A stretch of DNA of 24,000 bases from Nitrosopumilales archaeon. Its GTDB lineage: Archaea > Thermoproteota > Nitrososphaeria > Nitrososphaerales > Nitrosopumilaceae. A program made the translations under genes and the position numbers. Positions 8,844 through 15,193 of this stretch are shown in pieces (positions within the stretch are counted from its first letter, which is position 1; each line of letters begins with the position of its first letter). The stretch lies in contig OMIR01000047.1 of the NCBI GenBank assembly GCA_900299125.1, positions 23,234-47,233 of the forward strand, read 5' to 3'. The notes below the pieces were generated by a model. It did no database searches, was not told the origin of the DNA, and saw nothing but the letters and a program-made list of their open reading frames with translations.

Positions 8844-9743
8844 TTACGTACCAGAAATTGAATTTATCCACTTTACAACGGCATCGAGTGTATCACTGCT
8901 AAATTCAGCTTTTGTGTTCTGACTTGATGCTCTTGAATGAACAGCAATATGCAAATTTTTTCCAAACTTGGGTTTGATGGAATTTGCGGACTCGAGAAAG
9001 AATTTTGCTCCTTCATCATTTGTTGAAAATATAGCAATTACCATTACCCCCGATTTTTGCTTCCAAATTTTTGTGATAAATTTTTGCAGATCAAGATCAT
9101 ATAGAACTCCTATAGAGTCAGATACATCACCAACATGCCAGACCTGCCAGCCTCTGGAACCAAGTGCCGAAGATGCTGCTAGTGAGTAAATTACGCTTGA
9201 TTGATCGGTAGATAGTAAAATCACGTTTCTTTTTGGGTCCGACTCGTCATCTTGATTTAAAATATTTATCGAGTCGCTGATAATTCCACGAAGCATTTTT
9301 GCCTCCGAAGTACCTATCTTTGCCTTCAGATAGAGTTCATCTATTGACAATGTGGCAGGTATGATTACTTCGGTGATCAAAGTTGTCACATCAGCCCCAG
9401 AATGAAAAGAATTTCGTATCAACTGTTTTGCCTGATGTTGTTGATTTAGAATCAAATGTTCTATGAATTTTTCTTTGACTTTGAAATAATCAGCAGGGAA
9501 TTGAAGGGTTTCAGTACCCAAATCAACATACCACAGATTTGTATTACCAATGTTTTTTTGACGAATGATTCCTTCTGCGGCAAAAACATTAAGATATTTT
9601 GCCATCGTTGCTCGGTTGAGCTTTAACCTTTCTGCAATTTCAATTCCTGAAAGCCCTGTCTTTGAGTTTGACAAGACCTCTATGAGTTTTTCTTGAATTT
9701 GTTTATGCTGGTATCCTTTTGCCAAAGCTGCTTTTATTATCAA
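8844..9743 (-). CDS. transcriptional regulator: N-terminal winged HTH plus a C-terminal B12-binding-like (flavodoxin-like) region
   Basis: The HTH segment is LSGIEIAERLKLNRATMAKYLNVFAAEGIIRQ. The middle helical region and the C-terminal NVILLSTDQSS...GWQVWHVGDVS...GVMVIAIFST resemble the cobalamin-binding module layout. The DxHxxG His ligand is not evident. Confidence 0.6.
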   Translation of the reverse strand: MIIKAALAKGYQHKQIQEKLIEVLSNSKTGLSGIEIAERLKLNRATMAKYLNVFAAEGIIRQKNIGNTNLWYVDLGTETLQFPADYFKVKEKFIEHLILNQQHQAKQLIRNSFHSGADVTTLITEVIIPATLSIDELYLKAKIGTSEAKMLRGIISDSINILNQDDESDPKRNVILLSTDQSSVIYSLAASSALGSRGWQVWHVGDVSDSIGVLYDLDLQKFITKIWKQKSGVMVIAIFSTNDEGAKFFLESANSIKPKFGKNLHIAVHSRASSQNTKAEFSSDTLDAVVKWINSISGT

Positions 9744-9834
9744 TTCTAATTATTTATGCTATCATTCTATGCATTAAATCAATAAAAAACGTTAAATAAT
9801 AGAGTACCTTAAAGTACGGTAATAGGAAAGTAAT

Positions 9835-10221
9835 ATGCCAAAAGCAGGTTTCAAATCAATCACAGTTTCTGAAGAAGTATATGACAAGTTCTTCGATGTA
9901 TTTGAAAAGAACAAGCCAGAACTTGTCATGAAGGGAATTAACAGTTTTTCTGGTTATGTTACTTACATGCTCGAACAAACAATGCAAAAGGACAAGACTT
10001 TTGCAAGATATGCTCCAAAGATTGAGAAAGTTGCAGTTGATGAAGACAGAGTTGTACTAAAAGACAACATCAAGAACAGAATTGCAGAAGTTACAATTCA
10101 AAAGGGAGAGTTATTTTGCCAGCTTTGTGAAGAAAAAGATTGTGTTCATATAGGATATGTATTTTCACTTCCAGATGTTTACGAAGTTTTGAATTCTCGC
10201 GGAATAAAACATCCAAGATAA
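9835..10221 (+). CDS. hypothetical protein with an RHH-like N-terminus and a Cys/His cluster, 128 aa
   Basis: The N-terminus KSITVSEEVYDKFFDVFEK looks like a ribbon-helix-helix strand-helix. The C-terminal CQLCEEKDCVH is a possible small Zn site. The gene is divergent from the HTH regulator. Confidence 0.5.
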   Translation: MPKAGFKSITVSEEVYDKFFDVFEKNKPELVMKGINSFSGYVTYMLEQTMQKDKTFARYAPKIEKVAVDEDRVVLKDNIKNRIAEVTIQKGELFCQLCEEKDCVHIGYVFSLPDVYEVLNSRGIKHPR

Positions 10222-10225
10222 AAAA

Positions 10226-10351
10226 GGTGCAGGAGGTGGGATTTGAACCCACGAACCCCTAAGAGACGGGATCACCCATTATTAGATCTTAAGTCCCGCG
10301 CATCCAAAAGCAATTTTGTTGCTTACTTTGGCCAGGCTCGGCTACTCCTGC
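10226..10351 (-). tRNA. tRNA-Leu (anticodon UAA) with two introns: 24 nt in the D-arm (10302-10325) and 15 nt at 37/38 (10273-10287)
   Basis: The reverse complement reads GCAGGAG UA GCCG AGCCUGGCCAAAG[UAAGCAACAAAAUUGCUUUUGGAU]GC G CGGGA CUUAAG[AUCUAAUAAUGGGUG]A UCCCG UCUCUUAGGGGUUC GUGGG UUCAAAU CCCAC CUCCUGC A CC. The spliced product is an 85-nt class II tRNA with a long variable arm. Confidence 0.8.
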
Positions 10352-10445
10352 AGATTAGCTAAATTCTGGCTGAAATTTAACGGTTGATGTTTTTGGGGAT
10401 TGTCTAAGTAAGTATAATTAGGATTTGAATGAGCAAAAAATTATC

Positions 10446-10519
10446 GCTTCGATAGCTCAGCCTGGTAGAGCGTTACCTTGGTAAGGTAAAGGTCGCGGGT
10501 TCGGATCCCGTTCGAAGCT
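10446..10519 (+). tRNA. tRNA-Thr (anticodon GGU)
   Basis: It folds as GCUUCGA UA GCUC AGCCUGGUA GAGC G UUACC UUGGUAA GGUAA AGGUC GCGGG UUCGGAU CCCGU UCGAAGC U. Length is 74 nt with no intron. Confidence 0.9.
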
Positions 10520-11374
10520 TCAGTAATTTATTATAAGCAGCTCTTTTTGACCAGTTCTTTTTGAGGAATTAGAATTAATTGCCCTATTGGCAGATACCTC
10601 AATTATCTTCCATTCTTTTGAAAATAGTTCCCTTACTTCATTTGAATTTGAATTAGACAGTATTACTTTACAATCCTTGTCTGATAGTTTTTGAGATATT
10701 TTGACTAGTTTTTCCAAATCGGAATAAGTAAAATCACGATTAGTGTAACTAGTAAAATTCGAAGTATTGCTTACTGGCTGATATGGAGGATCAAAATAAA
10801 CAAAATCGCCCTTTTTGGCATCTGATAAAACCGCTGAAAAATCACGGCAGCTAAACTGAATCTTTTTTGATTGGAGGATTTGACTTACTGCGATGAGATT
10901 TTCCTCATTCACGATATTCGGATTTGAGTATCTTCCCAGCGGTACGTTGAATTTTCCTTTGCTATTGACGCGGTACAATCCATTAAAGCAGGTTTTATTC
11001 AGGAACAATAATCGAGATACCTTATCTATCTGATCTATTGGTTCGCTATCTCGGATTGCATAATAATACGAATCTGGATTTTTTTGATAGTTACTTGAGT
11101 GGTTTTTCATAGAGACTATCAATTCGTCACATTTGTCTCGGATGGTGACATAAGCTAGTATCAGATCAGAGTTCAAATCAGATACCTTACATCTCAAAGC
11201 TGGGATTTTACTCAACAAGTGGAAAAATACAGCTCCGCCGCCCAAAAATGGCTCATAATAAGTTCCAAATGAAAGCGGGATTTGCTTGTCAATTACTGAG
11301 ATGAGCTGTCGTTTACCTCCAGCCCATTTTACAAATGGTTTTGGTTCACTTGATATAATCTGATGTTGACTCAA
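10520..11374 (-). CDS. Dam-family (D12 class) N6-adenine DNA methyltransferase with no adjacent restriction partner
   Basis: It has the Dam N-terminal motif FVKWAGGKRQL, SAM motif I EPFLGGGAVFF and catalytic motif IV FDPPYQP. Its stop codon (10520-10522) abuts the tRNA-Thr 3' end (10519). Confidence 0.85.
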   Translation of the reverse strand: MSQHQIISSEPKPFVKWAGGKRQLISVIDKQIPLSFGTYYEPFLGGGAVFFHLLSKIPALRCKVSDLNSDLILAYVTIRDKCDELIVSMKNHSSNYQKNPDSYYYAIRDSEPIDQIDKVSRLLFLNKTCFNGLYRVNSKGKFNVPLGRYSNPNIVNEENLIAVSQILQSKKIQFSCRDFSAVLSDAKKGDFVYFDPPYQPVSNTSNFTSYTNRDFTYSDLEKLVKISQKLSDKDCKVILSNSNSNEVRELFSKEWKIIEVSANRAINSNSSKRTGQKELLIINY

Positions 11375-11469
11375 TAATACAAGATTCTAGTAAATCATAT
11401 CCCAACAAAAGACAATAAAAGATCACAAGATGTGCAATATTTGTTAATCAAGCCTCATGGCTATATATC

Positions 11470-11491
11470 AAATAAATAAGAGAAAAGAGAG
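11470..11491 (-). terminator. CT-rich oligo-T terminator-like tract after amoA
   Basis: The RNA-sense sequence is CTCTCTTTTCTCTTATTTATTT, beginning 13 nt after the amoA stop. Confidence 0.45.
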
Positions 11492-11503
11492 TTTTGTAGG
11501 ATT

Positions 11504-12154
11504 TTAGTCCCACTTGGACCAAGCAGCCATCCATCTGTATGTCCATGTGTTCAGCTTACATCCCAGAGCGGTGAAAGTTACTGCTAATACAGCACCTGCG
11601 CCTGCACCGAGTGCAACTGGACTATTATAGAATTTACCCACTTGGGGCTCTATTGGAGTCATGTATGGAGCTAGCGTTGGTCTTGGATATTTGAAAGCAG
11701 TCTCCAATGGATCAGCCACGGTAATTAGATTGACCATGTTGAACAATGGCAACGACATTCCTACCATTACACCACCGAATAATATCAGTGAGTGCTTGTT
11801 CTTCTTCGTAGCCCAGTATGCCAAGTCAAGCAGCATTGCTGACGGTAACCAAACTGGTGTTACAATGAAGTCGTATGGGTAACCGAGTGCAAACCAAGCG
11901 CCTTTTGCGATCCATGTATACACGGTCATAATTAGCGCATAGTAAGTTGCGGTTCCTGGAACTCCAGTGAATGTTAGATAGTAAGTTGCACCTACTGCTA
12001 ACATCAATGTCTGTGATATAGAAAACACGACAAATGAAGTCCATGCCCAGTCAGTGTAGAAAATGTAGTCTCCTGCATTGATTGTTAGCAGGGTTGAGTT
12101 GACTGCTACGACTACTATGAATAAGTAGTGCGTACATCTTCTTAGCCAGACCAT
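11504..12154 (-). CDS. amoA: archaeal ammonia monooxygenase subunit A
   Basis: The 216-aa protein MVWLRRCTHYLFIVVVAVNSTLLTINAGDYIFYTDWAWTS...YRWMAAWSKWD is unmistakably thaumarchaeal AmoA. Confidence 0.97.
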   Translation of the reverse strand: MVWLRRCTHYLFIVVVAVNSTLLTINAGDYIFYTDWAWTSFVVFSISQTLMLAVGATYYLTFTGVPGTATYYALIMTVYTWIAKGAWFALGYPYDFIVTPVWLPSAMLLDLAYWATKKNKHSLILFGGVMVGMSLPLFNMVNLITVADPLETAFKYPRPTLAPYMTPIEPQVGKFYNSPVALGAGAGAVLAVTFTALGCKLNTWTYRWMAAWSKWD

Positions 12155-12176
12155 TACCCAATTGAGCTGATGTCAG

Positions 12177-12189
12177 TATATAAAATTTT
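12177..12189 (-). promoter_or_regulatory. TATA-box-like element for amoA
   Basis: AAAATTTTATATA in gene orientation, centred about 29 nt upstream of ATG 12154. This implies a very short or absent leader. Confidence 0.4.
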
Positions 12190-12242
12190 AGACAATTTGT
12201 AGCCTAGTAATAGCCGCGATCAAGGTATCCACTTGGAAACTA

Positions 12243-12264
12243 GAAAAATGAAAATAAGAAAAAG
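12243..12264 (-). terminator. oligo-T terminator-like tract after amoX
   Basis: The RNA-sense sequence is CTTTTTCTTATTTTCATTTTTC, shortly after the stop at 12279-12281. Confidence 0.4.
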
Positions 12265-12278
12265 TCGAGGAACCTTCC

Positions 12279-12641
12279 CTATGTTCCGATGAACAGAGAG
12301 ATGAATATTGTTCCAGCCGCGGTACCTGCTAATGCTGCTGCAATGATACCGTTGCTCTTCTTCTTGGTACCTTCTTCCATTACTTTAACACAGAAGAGAT
12401 AACCAATTGCTTCAATGATTGTCAGGATTATGAAAGCATAGTGACCGCTTGGTGTTGGATAAGCCCATGGATAATAGAAATATCCAGCTGCTGTTCCCCC
12501 AAAGGTTGCTAGCCAAGCTGCAATGTATGATAATGTGATGATTCCAGTCATGTTTTCTACACGTCTGCCAATCATCTTCTCTACATCTGCACTTGATGCT
12601 CCGCCGGAGCCACCTGAACCAAATCCTTTTGGTAGAGTCAT
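12279..12641 (-). CDS. amoX: small multi-pass membrane protein in the amoX position (putative AMO subunit AmoX)
   Basis: It lies between amoA and amoC on the same strand, which is the conserved amoX position in Nitrosopumilales. It has hydrophobic helices (IITLSYIAAWLATFGG, AFIILTIIEAIGYLFCV, IIAAALAGTAAGTIFISLFI) and a Gly/Ser-rich N-terminus. Internal starts at M23 or M31 are possible. Confidence 0.72.
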   Translation of the reverse strand: MTLPKGFGSGGSGGASSADVEKMIGRRVENMTGIITLSYIAAWLATFGGTAAGYFYYPWAYPTPSGHYAFIILTIIEAIGYLFCVKVMEEGTKKKSNGIIAAALAGTAAGTIFISLFIGT

Positions 12642-12702
12642 TTGAATTTGTAATCGATGTTTGGCTTTTAAGTCTTTCTTAAAACATCAGACTAGATCGA
12701 TC

Positions 12703-12728
12703 AAAGAAAATAAAGAGAAAAGAGAGGG
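12703..12728 (-). terminator. CT-rich oligo-T terminator-like tract after amoC
   Basis: The RNA-sense sequence is CCCTCTCTTTTCTCTTTATTTTCTTT, beginning 2 nt after the amoC stop. Confidence 0.45.
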
Positions 12729-12729
12729 T

Positions 12730-13293
12730 TTATGGGATTGCTCTGCTGTACAGTTTGCCTTCTAAGGCCATCTTGTACATTTCTGCAACATATGGGTTCT
12801 CACCTGGTGTTTCTGCACCTAGTTCGACAAGTCTTGCATAGACTCTAACGACATATGCAAGAGCACCCATGAATGCTACTACTACACCCATGTTGAACAT
12901 CCAGTGGTTTGGTACTGCGAAGATTTCCTCTACGAACCAGAAGTGCCACATTTCATTGACTCCGATGGTGAACATGGTTGCTAAGTAACCTAGAATGGTC
13001 ATCTTTAGACCTGTGTTCATGGAGTTGTTTGGACCTCTTAGTACTGGGACCTTTCTATCATAGATTGCAACAGAACCCCAACCTAGTGGTAGTGCCACGA
13101 AGTGAGAGTAGAGCCACCAATGTGCTGGTGTGAATGCAGAGTCTCTGATAGAGGTTTGATGTAAGGAACCATCTACGAAGTTATCTACTTCCACGGATGC
13201 TGCTGTTGATCCCATAGCAATGACGATGAGCCAGATTTTCTTTAGTCTCTGGATCTCGACTTCTTTTGGGATTAATGCGGGCATCTGTGCCAT
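12730..13293 (-). CDS. amoC: archaeal ammonia monooxygenase subunit C
   Basis: The 187-aa protein MAQMPALIPKEVEIQRLKKIW...HWWLYSHFVALPLGWG...NEMWHFWFVEE... is typical thaumarchaeal AmoC. Confidence 0.95.
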   Translation of the reverse strand: MAQMPALIPKEVEIQRLKKIWLIVIAMGSTAASVEVDNFVDGSLHQTSIRDSAFTPAHWWLYSHFVALPLGWGSVAIYDRKVPVLRGPNNSMNTGLKMTILGYLATMFTIGVNEMWHFWFVEEIFAVPNHWMFNMGVVVAFMGALAYVVRVYARLVELGAETPGENPYVAEMYKMALEGKLYSRAIP

Positions 13294-13313
13294 GATACTA
13301 TAGAGTAATTTTC

Positions 13314-13323
13314 AATATATAAT
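13314..13323 (-). promoter_or_regulatory. TATA-box-like element for amoC
   Basis: ATTATATATT in gene orientation, centred about 25 nt upstream of ATG 13293 (leaderless-type spacing). Confidence 0.4.
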
Positions 13324-13524
13324 GCATGAGTCATTTTTTTATGATTTTTCTTGAAATAATTGCATTTTATCGATATTAAATCTAACTAAATCATATTAAA
13401 AAATGAGAAAAAATCTATTTATTTGATATTAAAAAATTATGATTTTAATGTTCAACATTTATGTTCAGCTCTTCGATCAATTTGTGCCCAAATTTAGTAG
13501 ACTCTCAGCACGGATTAAAACGGT

Positions 13525-13536
13525 AAAACATATATC
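13525..13536 (+). promoter_or_regulatory. TATA-box-like element for amoB
   Basis: AAAACATATATC is centred about 41 nt upstream of ATG 13572, which implies a leader of about 15 nt. Confidence 0.35.
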
Positions 13537-13571
13537 ATTCTATGAGTCGATGAATAATTAACGGGATAACT

Positions 13572-14138
13572 ATGGTCGACAAGAAAACAATCGTACTGGC
13601 ACTTAGTGTTGTTTTAGCACTTGGTACACTTGGTCCAAACTTGGCTCAAATGGTACAAACTGCAGAAGCACACGGTGTACAAGCACAACTACAGAGTCGT
13701 TTTGTAAAGATTGAAGACGAAACCTTCAACAGACAATCACTCCAAACAGGAGAAGAACTAGTCATATCTGGCAAGTTCGTAAGTCTCGTTGAAAGAGACC
13801 TCAGAGGCTGGAACTCTATATTCTCAGAGTCCACCAACGCAGGTAACAGATGGGAGATTCTCGCAAGAAGTCCACCAGGAAACGTCTTTCAAATCCCAGG
13901 TAACTCCGTCATTGATTATGAAATCAGAGCAAAGGCATTAGAGCCCGGAGTATACCACGTACACACTCAACTCAACGTTGCTCAAGTTGGACCAGGATTA
14001 GGCCCAGGACAAACAGTCGTAGTAACAGGCGATCCAATAATGAAACCAATTCCATACACCAACATAATGTATCAATCAATTATCATTGGCGTTGGATATG
14101 TAATCACATTTGCAACTCGCCCCTGGCAAGTAATCTAA
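13572..14138 (+). CDS. amoB: archaeal ammonia monooxygenase subunit B
   Basis: The 188-aa protein has a signal peptide followed by AEAHGVQAQLQSRF (N-terminal His after cleavage), a single cupredoxin-like domain and a C-terminal TM helix. This is the short AmoB form typical of AOA. Confidence 0.93.
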   Translation: MVDKKTIVLALSVVLALGTLGPNLAQMVQTAEAHGVQAQLQSRFVKIEDETFNRQSLQTGEELVISGKFVSLVERDLRGWNSIFSESTNAGNRWEILARSPPGNVFQIPGNSVIDYEIRAKALEPGVYHVHTQLNVAQVGPGLGPGQTVVVTGDPIMKPIPYTNIMYQSIIIGVGYVITFATRPWQVI

Positions 14139-14147
14139 AACCAACAA

Positions 14148-14167
14148 CCCTCTCTTTTCATTTTATT
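14148..14167 (+). terminator. CT-rich oligo-T terminator-like tract after amoB
   Basis: CCCTCTCTTTTCATTTTATT begins 10 nt after the amoB stop. Confidence 0.45.
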
Positions 14168-14191
14168 AAATTACTCTAGAGAAACGACTTT

Positions 14192-14752
14192 ATGTTATTC
14201 TTGAAGAATACATCTATGAAATGGCCCGGCATGGGCGATCCTGCCAAGAGAAAAAGCACCATACGTTATCTAATAATCACAGGAGTTATCGCAATATCGG
14301 TTGGCTTGGCCAGTATTTTCATACAACAGTGGTTGAACTTGGATAATCCCTTACGTGTGTGCATAAATGGAGTAGAGACCGACTATAAATTATCAGCAAC
14401 TTTGGAACTATATGTTGACGGGCAAAAAGTAGAGATTCCAGCAAATATCGGCAATAATGAAAAGTGTAGACATTCGTTGTACACTTTAACAAATGACGGC
14501 ATCATATATGCAGAATGGAAAAAAGAATACCCATTTGAGATTGGACACTTTTTGTGGACTTGGACAACATATCATGAAAACGGATTTCCCATGAGAGATA
14601 TGGATGAGAAAAAATCCAAAGTTTTTGTAGACGGCAAAGAGACACCTAATTACATTCGAGAGCCACTTGTTGATAGAAGTCATTACAGGGCCGAATTCTA
14701 TACGAAAGGATATGACAAAGCCAATGAGCAAGACTTTGCACCGCCGGAATAA
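14192..14752 (+). CDS. N-terminally membrane-anchored extracytoplasmic protein of unknown function, 186 aa
   Basis: It has a single TM (YLIITGVIAISVGLASIFIQQW), then a soluble domain with two Cys and several His/Trp. It lies directly downstream of amoB on the same strand. Alternative starts are at M9 and M14. Confidence 0.6.
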   Translation: MLFLKNTSMKWPGMGDPAKRKSTIRYLIITGVIAISVGLASIFIQQWLNLDNPLRVCINGVETDYKLSATLELYVDGQKVEIPANIGNNEKCRHSLYTLTNDGIIYAEWKKEYPFEIGHFLWTWTTYHENGFPMRDMDEKKSKVFVDGKETPNYIREPLVDRSHYRAEFYTKGYDKANEQDFAPPE

Positions 14753-14779
14753 TTATAGAATAATTAAGTAAACTAATTT

Positions 14780-14809
14780 AAAGAAAATTAAAAAGAATGA
14801 AAAAAGAGG
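14780..14809 (-). terminator. oligo-T terminator-like tract after the 89-aa membrane protein gene
   Basis: The RNA-sense sequence is CCTCTTTTTTCATTCTTTTTAATTTTCTTT, beginning 3 nt after the stop. Confidence 0.4.
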
Positions 14810-14811
14810 TT

Positions 14812-15081
14812 TTACCAGTACTTTCCGTTGTCTGGTATCAAACCGATACCTTCTCTTTCAAAGTGTCTGTCTAGTTCGTCAACCCATCTTTCGCGGTTGT
14901 CTTTGTATGACCAGCCATGTACTCTTAGCCAATATGCAATAATTCCCATAAGGAATACTGTGAACATGATTGTGCCGAAGATGTATACCATGACATCATA
15001 GAACAATGGGTCATAGTTTGGTCCCAATTGTCCAAATACGGTAGACAGAATACTTAACACTGTACCGAATAATGGAGTCAT
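14812..15081 (-). CDS. small membrane protein, 89 aa; candidate accessory AMO subunit (AmoY/AmoZ-type candidate)
   Basis: It has a hydrophobic N-terminal segment and a clear TM (VMVYIFGTIMFTVFLMGIIAYWL), followed by a charged tail (RERWVDELDRHFEREG). It lies within the amo neighbourhood and has amo-like promoter and terminator architecture. Confidence 0.6.
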   Translation of the reverse strand: MTPLFGTVLSILSTVFGQLGPNYDPLFYDVMVYIFGTIMFTVFLMGIIAYWLRVHGWSYKDNRERWVDELDRHFEREGIGLIPDNGKYW

Positions 15082-15168
15082 TAAAATTAAGACCGCCAGA
15101 TGTGCGATATATACATTTCTCTAAAACTAATGGAATTATTTATGATCGCTTTATGCTAGGAATAATTC

Positions 15169-15192
15169 AATAAAATGAAAAAGAGAAGTAGG
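15169..15192 (-). terminator. CT-rich oligo-T terminator-like tract after the 109-aa membrane protein gene
   Basis: The RNA-sense sequence is CCTACTTCTCTTTTTCATTTTATT, beginning 2 nt after the stop. Confidence 0.4.
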
Positions 15193-15193
15193 T

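Noticed and set aside
10446-11503. Integrated mobile element at the tRNA-Thr 3' end, carrying the Dam methylase.
   Set aside because: There is no integrase, transposase or other cargo. I found no direct repeat of the tRNA 3' segment between 11375 and 11503, and the supposed island would be a single gene. An ancient remnant cannot be excluded.
11661-12044. ORFs 11661..11882 (+) and 11826..12044 (-) overlapping amoA.
   Set aside because: These are alternative-frame or antisense artefacts inside the unmistakable amoA CDS.
13373-13437. Repeated ATATTAAA units considered as a mini repeat array or CRISPR-like structure.
   Set aside because: There are only three short AT-only copies with irregular spacing, no spacer-repeat periodicity and no cas genes. 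This fits promoter-region low complexity. I kept it as a low-interest regulatory observation only.
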